Part shown: positions 1-12,816 of the stretch, in pieces
How the letters are laid out: every line of letters begins with the position of its first letter
Numbering within the stretch: the first letter of the stretch is position 1
NCBI GenBank assembly: GCA_965153285.1
Contig: OZ229111.1
DNA from: Podarcis tiliguerta
Lineage: Eukaryota
Direction: 5' to 3' (one strand)
Length of the DNA stretch: 64,000 nt
Made by a program: the position numbers and the translations under genes
Notes under the pieces: model-generated
What the model was told of the DNA's origin: nothing
Seen by the model: only the letters and a program-made list of their open reading frames with translations
Databases searched by the model: none

Positions 1-207
1 CAAGGCCCCTGCTGGTCTCTCCTTTTATAGGGCTGCATGCAGACCATAACTTCCTCCAAAGAATCCTGGGAATTGTAGTTTGCTAAGGGTGCTGGGAATC
101 ATAGCTTTGTGAGGTATAAAAATGCAGCCTAGTTCTTAGTCCTTAAATTGACAGAGCAGTCCTTCAACCCCCCTGTAACATCTGAGGCTCAATTTAGACA
201 TCGCAGT

Positions 208-752
208 AAGGTAAAAAGGTAAAGGACCCCTGGATGGTTAAGTCCAGTCAAAGGCAAGGGAGCCAGCATTTGCCCACAGACAGCTTTCCAGATCATGTGG
301 CCAGCATGACTAAACTGCTTCTGGCACAACAGGACACTGTGACGAGTGCCAGAGCGCATGGAAACACCATTGACCTTCCCACCGCAGTGGTACCTACAGT
401 GGTACCTCGGGTTAAGAACTTAATTTGTTCTGGAGGTCCATTCTTAACCTGAAACTGTTCTTAACATGAAGCACCACTTTAGCTAATGGGGCCTCCCGCT
501 GCCGCTGCGCCACAGGAGCCACAGGAGCACGATTTTTGTTCTCATCCTGAAGCAAAGTTCTTAACCCGAGGTACTATTTCTGGGTTAGCGGAGTCTGTAA
601 CCTGAAGCGCCTGTAACCTGAAGCGCCTGTAACCCGAGGTACCACTGTATTTATCTACTTGCACTGGCGTGCTTTCGAACTGCTAGGTTGGCAGAAGCTG
701 GGACAGAGCAACAGGAGCTCACCTTGTTGTGGGGATACGAACCACCAACCTT
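208..752 (-). mobile_element. Sauria SINE (degenerate; interrupted by MITE at 397-647)
   Basis: Reverse complement of the (ACCTTT)n tail, 'aaggtaaaggacccc', and the body 'ggtcatgtggccagcatgac...ggtacctatttatctacttgcac', shared with five other copies in the window. Confidence 0.85.
397..647. mobile_element. Tc1/mariner (Tigger/pogo-like) MITE
   Basis: TIRs cagtggtacctcgggtta / taacccgaggtaccactg; TA target duplication (395-396, 648-649); internal 16-bp tandem ctgtaacctgaagcgc. Confidence 0.88.
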
Positions 753-1518
753 CTGTAATCTCCAGCAACAAAATAGGCAGAAGAGACATTTGGGTAAACT
801 GGTGCTTCCATCCAAGAGCTGATCATCTTGCTGTTGAAATTTATACCACTGAAGCAGCTTGAAAACAGACCACCACAAATTGCAGCTGCCATTGTGTTGG
901 TTTTTTAAAATACGACTTGGAAATGAATGCTGCTAGACCTGAGCCAAGGAGTGATGTGCTACTCCAGAGAAACTCATGTAAGAGTCACTAGCCATGTTTT
1001 GATAATCATATATTGGCTTAATGAATGAGTCTCATGCTCCCACGCAGCCATGCCACTCTTCCCTTTGTGTGAGCTGTCAAACTAATCAGAAAGGGTTTGA
1101 TTAACTGTAGTCTCTTCTTTCATCTAAACTCAGAAACCATGGTTAGCAGCTTTTGAAGAAGCCAGGAGATCTGAAGTCAACTTCAAAGCTGTCTCAACCC
1201 AAAGCCATACTATCGCTTCCTGGTTTGGGTTAAATGGGAAACTGTAGTTTAAGGTGGGCAACAGTTTTTAGCCTGAGGGTTATATGGTCAACCTTCCAGT
1301 GGTGGGCAGAACCAGAGGCAAAAGTGGGGGGAGGACAGGAGGTGTAGCTCTTATCTTTGTACAGTAGGCTGCATTCTAGCCATGCAAAGTGTTGAAACAA
1401 ACACCCACACAAATTTCTCCATCCAGACCAGCAAAAGGACATACTACTTCCAGGCAAAAGCACTTGAAGATAGTATGGAGCAGAGCCGGTGAGTACTGAG
1501 GGCCAGAAAGACAAGCCT

Positions 1519-2030
1519 GTTGTTGTTTAGTCATTTAGTCGTGTCCGACTCTTTGTGACCCAATGGACCAGCACACGCCAGGCACTCCTGTCTTCCACTG
1601 CCTCCCGGAGTTTGGTCAAACTCATGCTGGTAGCTTCGAGAAGAAGAAGAAGAAGAGTTTGGATTTGATATCCCGCCTTTCACTCCCCTTCAGGAGTCTC
1701 AAAGCAGCTAACATTCTCCTTTCCCTTCCTTCCCCACAACAAACACTCTGTGAGGTGAGTGGGGCTGAGAGACTTCAAAGAAGTGTGACTGGCCCAAGGT
1801 CACCCAGCAGCTGCATGTGGAGGAGCGGAGATGCGAACCCAGTTCCCTAGATTACGAGACTACCGCTCTTAACCACTACACCACACTGGCTCTCTATCCA
1901 ACCATCTCGTCCAACCATCTCGTCCTGTCATCCCCTTCTCCTTGTGCCCTCAATCTTTCGCACATCAGGGTCTTTTCCAGGGAGTCTTCTCTTCTCATGA
2001 GGTGGCCAAAGTATTGGAGCCTCAGCTTCA
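1519..2030 (-). mobile_element. BovB (RTE) LINE 3' fragment, interrupted by a SINE
   Basis: (TTG)n tail + tttagtcgtgtccgactc..., near-identical to the copy at 30241-30710. Confidence 0.87.
1640..1894 (-). mobile_element. Full-length tRNA-derived CORE-type SINE (Squam3-like) with (TTC)n tail
   Basis: Minus strand begins GAGAGCCAGTGTGGTGTAGTGGTTAAGAGC (A box) and has a GGTTCGCATC B-box; gaagaagaag tail; nested in BovB. Confidence 0.8.
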
Positions 2031-2689
2031 CGACAGCTTCAAGACAGGCCTGGAGGACTGTATTTGGCCTAGGGACCTGAGATTTCCCACCCCTGCTATT
2101 GAAGGTTTCCTGGCCTGTTGCTCACCCACACAAAGGGAGGAGTGAAGTGGCTACATGCAGAATCACAAGGCTTGTTCATATCTTAGGTTATTAAACCAAG
2201 GTGTGATCATCTGAATGTGACTCACGTTGTGTCTGAACTGAGTAGAGGAGCAATTGCACTTCTACAAAACAGAGTTGGGCCCGAAGGACCGGAAGTCGCT
2301 GGAGCTTCTTCCGCAACTAACCAAAACATCCACGCAGGCATGTGCAAGCAGAGCGATGACATTTCTGCTATCTAATCTGCTAATTTATCCATTTATCTGT
2401 CTTTATTGCCCTGGGGCACAGTTTTTCTGATGACAGCGCAAACCTCTTTGTTTACTTTACAGGACTCCTACTTCTCAAAAAGAACCTTCACAATGTTTAC
2501 AATACTTATATCAAAATGCCTATAATTGAAGGGTGGGGTATTGCACCCTCCACCCTGAAGCATAGCCAGGCCCATGATATTCATAAGAGAGCTAGAGTAT
2601 CTGATTGTAGGTTGGGTTGGGTGCAGGGTGGAGAGAGATTTACTGAACCGTAAAGACGTTTGGGGAAAACTGCCCTGATTCACATCATA

Positions 2690-3068
2690 AAGGTAAAGGA
2701 CCCCTGACAGTTAAGTCCAGTTGCAAATGACTCTGGGGTTGTGGTGCTCATCTTGCTTTACAGGCCAAAGGAGCCGGCGTTTGTCCGCAGACAGTTTTTC
2801 TGGGTCATGTGGCCAGCATGACTAAGCCACTTCTGGCGCAAGAGAACACTGAAAGCAGAGCAGTGCATGGAAACACCGTTTACCTTCCTGCCGGAGTGTT
2901 ACCTATTTATCTACTTGCACTTTTTGGTGTGCTTTCAAACTGCTAGGTTGGCAGGAGCTGGGACCAAGCAACGGGAGCTCACCCCATTGTGGGGATTTGA
3001 ACTGCCGACCTTCTGATCAGCAAGCCCAAGAGGCCCAGTGGTTTAGATCACAGTGCCACCCGCGTCCC
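2690..3068 (-). mobile_element. Full-length Sauria SINE with 14-bp TSD
   Basis: TSD tgattcacatcata at 2676-2689 and 3072-3085; tRNA head GGGACGCGGGTGGCACTGTG on the minus strand. Confidence 0.92.
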
Positions 3069-4182
3069 TTTTGATTCACATCATAGAGCATTTTAAAGGA
3101 AAGTTGCCTGCTGCTTCTCTGCTCTTGCAATCCCAATGCATGGCAGTGCCATCAGTGTAAGGTCCCTTCCCAATCTTTTCAGTAGAAGTGGAGAAAGCTT
3201 TTAGAGGAAAACAGCTTGGCCAAACTTCTGTGAGTGCAATGGAACCTGTCCCCCCTTTCCTCCCCCAACAACCTGCTTTGGCAGTTTGAGGGATTGCAGC
3301 CTTAGCCCTTTAGTCAAATCATATACGGCTTGTTCACATATGTTTCACTGGACACAGGTTCAAGCTGTCTCCACACATGTGCAAGTGCTTGTGCAAAAGA
3401 CTGTACACTTGCTGAATTGGGCAGCACAATTGTTGTGTGCACAGGTACGCAGATGTTACACTCATTGAATGTAAAGTGTATACTTGCACTTATATTTACC
3501 CTATATTTACCAACCATAAGAAATGTGTTGCAAATACGGGTGGAATAGCCAGGGGCCAATCCAAATAAGGAGTTGCAAACAAAAAAGCTCAACACTCCAG
3601 GTTTTAAATGGTTACCCATATCATGTTGCTCCAGGCTGTTTGGCAATTAGGAAAATATTTCAGTGCTCTAAAAGCAACATTTTAGGCGTTGTTGTTTTTT
3701 TGTTTTGTTTTAAGTGAACTTGCGATTCAAAGGCTGTTAGGAAAGCAGTTAACTGTACATTTTGTCTGCCTTGCTCCATCCAGTTGAGGCTATTCCCCCC
3801 AAAAAGCTCATACACCCCCCCCCCAAAAAAGCATGCCCCGCCAAATCCAGTGTAAATGCAATCCTGGATAAGCATTCACAAATACACTTGGTCAACAGAA
3901 ACATACTTTGCTATGGCATGCTGATATAGAGATAACCATGAAAAATCAAGAAGTGAAATTGAAACTGGTTTGTCCTGGCATTTTCCAAAGAAAATGAAGT
4001 GGGGAGAGAAGTGACACAAAATGCAAAACAGCACGCAAGACTCCTCACCCCCTGCAAATAAAAAAATATGGTGTAGAAAGATAGTTACTTCACAGGCATC
4101 AGAGAGGTTGGGAAGCTGTGCAGGTCAGCATAGACTTTTGTAGTTGACACCAAACACTGCATACATTATCAAGAGCAGCCAT

Positions 4183-4308
4183 TGGAGTGGCTTCCAGATG
4201 TTGTTGGACTACAACTCCCATTAGCCCTTGCTAGCATGGCCAAATGCAAGGGATGATGGGAGTTGTAGTCCAACAACATCTGAAGGGCACCATGTTGTCT
4301 ACACCTGC
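4183..4308. mobile_element. Short palindromic hAT-type MITE (ccagatgtt...aacatctg family)
   Basis: Inverted arms cagatgttgttggactacaactccca / tgggagttgtagtccaacaacatctg. Confidence 0.7.
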
Positions 4309-5876
4309 TCTACATTCAGATGGCCAAACAACATGTGATGCTAAACATGCCATTGGGAAGCATGTCAGGTTTTAAAAATTATAATAGTAGGCAAGTCTCC
4401 CTATTTTCATCAGGACTGCAACATAGAGAGTCGTTTTAATCCTTACTTTCCCAGCCTTACTATAAATGAAACCCATCCTGCCCCCCGCCCCCACTTCTGC
4501 CTTGGTTTTAGCCTTTAGAGAGAAAGCTCCTATTGTCCATGCTTGTGATTTTCCTATCTGCTCTATCCCTTGATCTGGATGGAGATAGCATGGAAAGACA
4601 CTGATATTAGAAACCCACATACTCTATTAGAAGGATGATCCCTGGGAGAATGGAATCTAGTACAAAACTGATACTAATTTGAGCATTCTCTGTATGAACC
4701 AGAAACTGGCTTCAGTGAACTCCCAATTTTCTTGACCCAGGGGCAAGGGAATCACACCCAAACAGCCTCTGTTGCCCCTATTCAAACTGAGATAGGGCAA
4801 CAATCATAGTATAAAATGGAATTTTCTCAGGCTGCCTGCTATTTCCCTGAGTATCTGATAAGCACTTTATCAGAGGTCAGACTTTTTCTGCACCCAAAAA
4901 ATTATCATCAAACGTATTCACCAAAGGAAGTTAAATCCCTAGCTGATCCCTTGACCACCAGCAGTTTTGCCCAACACATCTTCAAGTTTCAGAGCCTATA
5001 CTAGGTACTTCCCTGACATAAAAAAGACCTCAATAACCACAGGAACTAGAAACTTGTTGAGATTCCCAGCAAGCCAAATTCTGCACCACAATTTCTATGC
5101 CTGGGGCATCTGAGTAACCTTGGCCTTGACCACAATTAACAGAATAAACCCTATTTTTCTTCTTGACAGGCTGTTGTCTTCCCTTTGCTGTAGCGTTCAG
5201 TTTAAGAGCTGGTTTTGTTTCTGCTTCAGTCTTCTTCCTTGCAGTCCTCTGTTAACCTAAAAGTTGGGATTTTCTTAAAAGGTGAATCTGTTCCACATCA
5301 GGGCAGGGAAAGATTTCTTCTGTATTTTTCTCCAGATATTTTAAAATGAATTCTAATAACAACAAAAAAGTTACAGAAAAAGAAGGAATGAAAGAAAAAT
5401 TAGGTTTTTTAAGGATAAACGGTTAACATTACCAATAAAGGGTGTGATTACAGCTATGTAAATAATTGAGTCAATAATGAAACATATCAGGAAGAAAAGG
5501 ATGTGTGGCCTATAATGATAAAGGGTTCCATAGTCCAAATAATAATTTAAAAATTAAGAAAAGAAGATAAAACTAATATTGAACTATACTAAATTCAGAC
5601 AGTCACATAGACATGTGGTACCTGGCACACCTGAGCCACTGTACTCACATATAAAATAAAACTAGACCAAATGGCAAAGCAGTGAACTTGAGGATTTTGG
5701 CCTCTGGGCAAATTTTATGTGAGATTTTTTCAAGAAGGTTGATTTGCCAGGTTTTGGAATACCAATAATCCAGATTACTAGATCAAGGTGTGAAATCAGT
5801 TCCTTGTTATTCAGGTTTTCATCAAAGTCTGCAAACAAATTCAAAGCAGCCAGACAAGGAGAGGAGTTCCTCCTGT

Positions 5877-6252
5877 AAAAGGTAAAGGAAAAGGTAAATG
5901 ACCACTGAACGGTTACTTCCAGTCAAAGGCAACTATGGGGTTGCAGCACTCATCTCACTTTCAGGCCAAGGGAGCCAGCGTTTGTCCGCAGACAGCTTTC
6001 TGGGTCATGTGGCCAACATGACTAAACAGCTACTGGCACAATGAGACACTGTGACGAGTGCCAGAGCGTGCGGAAACACCATTGACCTTCCTGCCGCAGT
6101 GGTACCTATTTATCTACTTGTACTGGCATGCTTTTGAACGGCTAGGTTGGCAGAAGCTTGGACAGAGCAACGGGAGCTCACTCGGTTGCGGAGATTTGGA
6201 CTGCCAACCTTCTAATTGCCAAGCCCAAGAGACCACAGGGCCACCCGCATCC
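5877..6252 (-). mobile_element. Sauria SINE with 11-bp TSD
   Basis: TSD agttcctcctg at 5865-5875 and 6253-6263; same body as the other copies. Confidence 0.9.
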
Positions 6253-6651
6253 AGTTCCTCCTGCATAATGTGTCCACAAACCCATGTCTGCAAGCATATA
6301 TACATGTAACAAGGAACTGTAGTCAATCCTAGTCCTTTTATGCATATTTGTATCATATATGCTTTGCAGTTAGTCTCATAAACACACTTTACATGTTTAT
6401 GTGTACACACAGCCAAAGTGAACACTGATGTACACACTGAGGCATTGGAAGAAATTTCGTAATGATAAGAGAATAAAAGAACCAATTACCTTGTGCTACA
6501 AAGGGTGGGATCCCTCTCATGAGGTATTCAAGCAGAGATGTCTCCTGCGGATATTCTGACTCTGGATTTCCAATTCGGGGTTGGGTGCCACCCAGCTCTC
6601 TGTTTCTATTAACATAGTTATACAGATTCATAGATGTACATGTTCTTTGGT

Positions 6652-7103
6652 AAGGATGGGGGAAGAAGTTTGACTCAGTTCCGATTTAAAGGCAAACCTA
6701 CTTAATTTTCACCTTCTGAAACAATAGGCAAAGTGAAACACAGCCATCTTTCAAAACTTGCACTTCTTTGAATTTTGCAGTGCAGTTTTCCAGCCAATTA
6801 ATGTATGCAAAAATGCATAAACTATGGTAAAGTGTGCATATAAGCACATCTATGAGTGAAAATAGCATACAAAGATGCATTATATTAGGGGAAACTGCTT
6901 TGCAAAAAGGTGTACATTAGGCAAAATGGCCTATAAAAGTGGAAATATTAGGAGAAAAATGCATTAAATGCAAAATTATATTAAATCTCATGAGGACATT
7001 TTAAAAAAAGTTTACAAACTAGTGTGGAAAAACAGAGAACTGATCGTAAGTTTGAAAAAATAAGAAAGGGGAAGAAACTGAAATTGACAGGCTTGCCCAT
7101 CCC
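6652..7103. mobile_element. Old non-autonomous TIR element (aggatggg...cccatccct family)
   Basis: Short inverted ends; AT-rich body is homologous to 37768-38134 and 39933-40320. Confidence 0.6.
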
Positions 7104-7796
7104 TGTTCTTTGGTCTAGCGGAGTATTCCCTCTTGTTTTCTCCTATTCACCCATTTATTGAGGCAGCTTCCAGGTAATGCTATCAGGGAGCCAGGTGGTG
7201 AGCACAGTAGCAGATTTCTGGGCAATGCTGGCTCGCTTCCTTGCATGAGATGGCAGGGATTCCTTTTCCTCCCCCACTTTTCCCAATCACCTGGACAAAG
7301 GCTGCCTATGTTGTTGCCACACAAGACCCACATGCAGCAACATGCCTACCCTCTCTCTAAAGGTTACAGGGAAGAATGAAGACGGAGGGGGAGGGAAATA
7401 ACTCTTCCAGCTCCACAGATAAGTCAAGAAAGGGTCAGTTTTATTGGGGCTGTAAAAGTGCAAAGATCAGAAAGGCAACTGGGACAGAGATTACGGAGCA
7501 TATGCAAAAATGGAAGCGAGGCTGAGGGAGTCAGGAGAGAGGTCAAGGGGAATTTATGGTGGGGGTTATCCAGACTGTGTAGTCACGTCCAGTATTTATT
7601 TTCCTATGAGATTTCCTACCCATCCTTCACCATAAGGTCCAAGGAACGGTTACACAACAATATAGTCATACACTTATAACAACAAGCAAAACAGTTACAA
7701 TGATGGAAGCAAGTAGAAAAGTAAAATTGTTCTAACCAAAATCAAACAATTTCCCCCTCCTCATTTCCTGCTCCTCCTCCCCCCCCCCTTTGGAAA

Positions 7797-8200
7797 TAAT
7801 TTTTATTTGATTTTACAAGCGTAGAATTATAATAATTCAAAATACATATCCATAGTTAGAGATTTCTCTGAATCTCCTGACTCCCTCCCCCCCCCATGGG
7901 TCCTATTGTCAACCCTTTCTACTGCATATTATTTCATAATCCATAGTTTATATCTCTCCATATTGTCCATGATATTTGCTACATTACAAGTGTTATTGGA
8001 ATACTGCTAAAGTATTCATTTGCTTACAGTGGTCTCCTAGATAAATTATAAAATTTTCCCATTCTTCATTAAAGTTTTTGTCTTCTTGGTTCCTGAGTTT
8101 TTCAGTCAATTTTGCCATTTCGGTGTGCACCAATGGCTTGATTTGCCATTCCTCTCTGGTAGGGACTTTATCTTCTTTCCATCTCTAGGCTAGCAAAATA
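7797..8200 (-). mobile_element. L1-clade LINE 3' fragment
   Basis: Minus strand reads ...RWKEDKVPTREEWQIK...EMAKLTEKLRNQEDKNFNEEW (L1 ORF2 C-terminus-like), followed by a 3'UTR with AATAAA. Confidence 0.7.
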
Positions 8201-8562
8201 AAACAATATGGATGCTACAAAACAAAATACCTTCGTGTCAAATGTCAGAGTAAAGAGAGATGTCTTTACTCTTGTGGCGAACGCTGTACCACTGTGAAGG
8301 AAGGAAGAAGCTTCACAGCCAAACCACATTTCTATGGAATCCTTACCAATTCAACAGAAGGTTTCCTCTCAATTCAGATGTATTTTTGCTGAATGATTGA
8401 TGCTGCATTTAACGTTGTGTCAGGGAGTTTGGAAATTGTTTATGTACACCATCATGGAATCCATATTTGCATCACAGTGCAAGGTGCAAAATGCTCACTA
8501 CTGTGGCTGCCCAGTGAAAGGCTAGCAAGGGAATCTGCATGGAGACAGGTGTGTTGGGACTT

Positions 8563-9167
8563 CTTCTTCTTCTTTGGCAATCCTCATAGCCAAGTAAGAT
8601 TGTCTTCCATAAACACGGTTTTAACAATGATTCCATAAGTCACTGTGGAGGCCAATTCTGGATCCACACATCCTTCTACAGTGGGGACATTGGTTTCCGG
8701 GTGGGAGTTGATCACGGTGTGGATTTGCCAAGCGTGCCTTCCTCTTAGCATCTTTCTCCCTTGCATCCTAAATTTGTGTGTCTTCAAAGCCCATGACACC
8801 TTTGGTAAAGGCTGTTCTCCAGTTGGAGCGCTTGTAGGCAAGTGTTTCCCAGTTGTTAGTGTTTATACTACATTTTTTTAGATTTGCCTTGAGACAGTCT
8901 TTAAACCTCTTTTGTTGACCCCCAGCATTACGCTTTCCATTTTTAAGTTCGTAATAGAATAGTTACTTTGGAAGACAATAATCAGGCATCCGCACAACAT
9001 GACCAGTCCAACGAAGTTGATGTTGAAGAATCATTGCTTCAGCACTGGTGATCTTTGCTTCTTCCAGTACACTGGTATTAGTTCGCCTGTCTTCCCAAGT
9101 GATGTGTACAAATTTTCGGAGACACCGTTGATGGAATCTTTCGAGGAGTTGGAGATGGCGTTTATAA
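8563..9167 (-). mobile_element. RTE-clade LINE 3' fragment (non-BovB) with (GAA)n tail
   Basis: Minus strand encodes QLRWTGHVVRMPDYCLPK..ELKNGKRNAGGQQKRFKDCLK (RTE C-terminus); flanked by ggactt at 8557-8562 and 9168-9173 (TSD). Confidence 0.85.
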
Positions 9168-9866
9168 GGACTTACAGGTGGTCAAGAATGAATTTACTCT
9201 GCACACATCACCGTTCCTTCCTTTGAAGCAACTATAATATAAATGGTCTAAGCAGTTCATATGAAGTGTGCATTGCATCAAACTACACCCCATTTAAATG
9301 AACAGATCCGCAGAACTTCAGTCTTATCAGTTCAATCCTCTTACAGAAATTATTTTTCTGGAGTTTATTTTCTTATTTGCCAGCATCCTTTTTTTCTTCC
9401 TGTGTGCTGCATTTTTTAGGTTGTAAGCACGTGGACCAGGAACTGCCTTGTTTTTAATGCAACGACAGCACTTAGTTAATTTTAGGTACTTATACTTCCA
9501 GCAGCAACAGTTGCAGTAGTAATAATATAACTTCCTTTCCCTCCCTATCACAATTTCATGGATGGCATAAGAGAAGCAGAAGTAGAAACTGGGGCAGCAG
9601 AGGGAATGGGGTACCTTTAGTATCATCTGTCCTCATTCAACTTGAAAGCAGTGCAAAAAGGTTGGTAGTGCTCTTGCGGTGTTCCAGTTTCTTTTACTGG
9701 GGCTTGTATGGGATAACTCCCCAGTATTCTTTTGGGACAGGTTCTACAGCCATTTTGTTTTCGTTTTTAATAGAAGACACCCAAATAGAGAGCATTGTCA
9801 TTGCTGCTGCTGTAGGTCTCAAAGAATCAAAGGCCAACATATTTGTACATTATCAAGAAAGGAAAT

Positions 9867-9893
9867 TGTGTGTGTGTGTGTGTGTGTGTGTGT
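9867..9893. repeat. (TG)n microsatellite
   Basis: Direct observation. Confidence 0.95.
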
Positions 9894-10734
9894 TCATTCA
9901 TTATACTCCAGATGGATGAATTAGTCCCTGAGCACAATATATAATTATTGGTCGCCAGTAATATTTCCCACATTTCAAAGAAATTCCTCTCCAGAACCTC
10001 ACCCTTGTGCCAGTCCCTTCATTTGAATATGTCGTAGCCAGACTTGTAAATGTAGAGTCAAATGGGATTTTAATTTAAGCTCACCAAGATGGCTGCTCAG
10101 TTAAAATGCTGAATTAATTAAAAACATAATGAGGTGCTTGGGAAGTGTACTTATATTTGAGAACCTGAAACCTTTAGTGAGGATCATGAGTCATTTGGCA
10201 GAGATCTCCTGGTGTTTACCTACCAGCACTTAACACGGAACCACCTGTGTAGCTGGTGTTTCTTCTTCTTCTTCTTACCAATGTATTATTACAAGGAGGA
10301 TTCCCAAACCACCAGAGCAAATAGCAAGGACAAAGTGGAGAGATTAGTAATGCTGGTTCTAGTATGGCCACAAAGCAAAACCCCACCCCTCTCTCCGTCC
10401 AGCCAGTCATAACACAGTATAGCAGGCACACCTGCCTGAGGCTCCCCGCTTCTGTCTTGGGCACACCTCTGTTCCTCTGCTTTTTCTCACCAGTTGCTGT
10501 ATCAAAGATCAGCACCTTGCCTGGCCCCAGCATCTGCGGATGACTAGCAAGCCTTTGCAAACCGGTTCCTTTGTTTTGGCAGCCTCCGAGCCTCCTTCTT
10601 TCCTGCCTACTTGAGCTGCGAAGGTCTTCAGACAACCTTCGCAAAGTCTGGAAGGTGGGGCCAATATGGGTCTTCTGATAGATCCCAGAATCCTGCTCTG
10701 AAAATTCTTGAATTGAAGCTCATCATCGTGGGTG

Positions 10735-10918
10735 GATGCCCATGTCTACATTGCCGGGGATTAAAGCGGCGAAAATAGCATACAGGGGAATTTCAGGAAA
10801 TCAGCAAAATGTCCAGGATTTTACCGACAGAAGCAGGAAATGCCTTTTTCTGGGTAATTCCTTTAAAAAAAAAAAAAGCTAAAGTCTGTAATTTTATTCC
10901 TTGAAATATGGCAACCCC
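10735..10918. mobile_element. Small DNA-element remnant ending aaatatggcaaccc
   Basis: Shares end sequence and 'atcagcaaaat' core with 62715-62844. Confidence 0.5.
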
Positions 10919-11616
10919 AACGTTGCCTGGGTTTGCGAAACAAGGTGGGATACCTGGGTGTCCACAGGAATGCTTTGTGGTAGTATTGGGGGCAAAGTAA
11001 AAGACTGATAGGGGGAGCACACAAACACAAAGGATGAGAATAGTGCTGGTACATTTTATCTCATATCTAAGGTTATACAAATACTAGAAATTTAATTTTA
11101 AAAGAGACAGAGCTTTGGCTCTGGGAATTACAGTTCATCGGGGCAGATGGGCTTGCAACATAAAGGGTACACAAATATTAGTCGATCCCTCTTCCTTCCT
11201 TCAAGTGTGAGGCTTGCCCCTGCCTATATTTTCTTCTGAGGACCCACAGAGAACTCAGCACAGGATACCGCACAAATCCTGCAGAAGTCGAGATGAAATC
11301 AAAACACCTTTCAGTTTAAGCATTTGTAGTTCTTGCTAGGATACATATTGTATAACCTTGGTGCCAGTGTAGCAAAACTGCTCCACATCATCTCCCCAAT
11401 AGTCATTGTCTCTTTAAAGGAGGAATCGGAGTTGAACAAAAATGCACAATCCGAATGATCATGTAGCACTGTTTTTAATGAACAGTGTTTCAAGCTGTTT
11501 CCACGCGTATGTATGTTTGGTGGAGTGGGATTGTATGCATTGAGTTCCTGATCATTCTAGCAGTTTCCGACATGCACAGTTGTGCACATATTGCTAGGGC
11601 ATTAGATAAGGAACCC

Positions 11617-11688
<72 letters not shown>
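11617..11688. repeat. (AG)n microsatellite
   Basis: Direct observation; one interruption. Confidence 0.95.
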
Positions 11689-11689
<1 letters not shown>

Positions 11690-12816
11690 CACACTCCCTG
11701 TGGGCTCTTTCCTCTTACCACTTAAATAGTTGTTTTTCTTAGGAGTTAATCTGTAGGCAATCGTTTCACCACACCTTGATTAAAATTTGGTAGACCTGCC
11801 AGGAATCAACTGTTTTGGGAGCTGGATCCAGTCCACAGTTTGCCAGTTGTACATCTCTTGCTTTCATCAAAGAAGACTCATTTTCCCTACTTTAACACTG
11901 ATGTGATCGAAGACTGCATTGCTTTCTGTTCATTTTATAGTACACAGCTGAGCAGAAGCTGTCATTACGCTATATGCTAGATTCCAGCCATGAACTATCT
12001 ATTCATTTTCACATTACCAGACCCTTGTGAATCCCTTTTACGTTTCCTGCTCTAAACTTTCACTCACTTACGACTTCAGGCAGTCTTCCCAAAATACAGT
12101 GTAGTGGATGTACCTTATGGATTGATGCTTTTTCTGCATGGCCTACACACACAAAGTAGCATGTGGAGCATGAAAAGCGCCCTCTGCAGCCTTGCCGGAC
12201 CACCTCCACACTCTCAGTATTAAGTTAGGGAAGGAGATTGTGGCCTACCCACAATGCCTTGCTAACAGCTCATAATGACGGATCTGAGTACTTCCTAGAG
12301 AAAGTTTTGGCACCCATTGTCCCAAAGTGAGAAATTTTTTTGAAGTCCTCAGAGATGAAAGCACAAGGTACTTCTGTGCATTTGTTTCCCTCATAAACAC
12401 CAGGATGCCTTGTAGGCATCTGCTGCTGCTTCTGAGGCAAAGTACCAGACAGACCACACCTTGAGCATCCCTTCCCCACCTTAAAGGTGTGTTATAGAAC
12501 CCAAAATTAATTAATTGCACCTGATGTCTGCAGTACACCATAGCTTATATGGCATTCCCCCAGCCCAGCCCATAATTCCCTTCTACTATTCAAACTGCAG
12601 GCACTGCAGCTTCAGATCTTTTGTTTTGAGCTATATATGTTCTCCTCCATTAAGCTGGGAGCAGGACAAGGAAAGTATGCCAGCATAAACTATTGTAAAG
12701 CCTTGTAGCACCCTAAAGACTAACAAACATATTATGGTATAAGCTTTCATGGACTACTGTCTACCTTATCAGTTGTCTTTGGGCTTGGGCTTGTGGGACC
12801 CACTCAGTTGGCAATA

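Noticed and set aside
580-640. Short direct repeats (ctgtaacctgaagcgc) resembling an array
   Set aside because: Subterminal tandem repeats of the MITE, present in the other copies; no spacers, eukaryotic DNA, not CRISPR.
4329-4367. Three CATG-core p53/p63 half-sites
   Set aside because: Half-sites are imperfect, spaced by 4-5 nt, and adjacent to a MITE/old repeat; much weaker than the 15265 site.
11485-11742. ORFs with ER/HT/CV dipeptide runs (also 15160-15528, 17202-17399)
   Set aside because: Translation artefacts of dinucleotide microsatellites.
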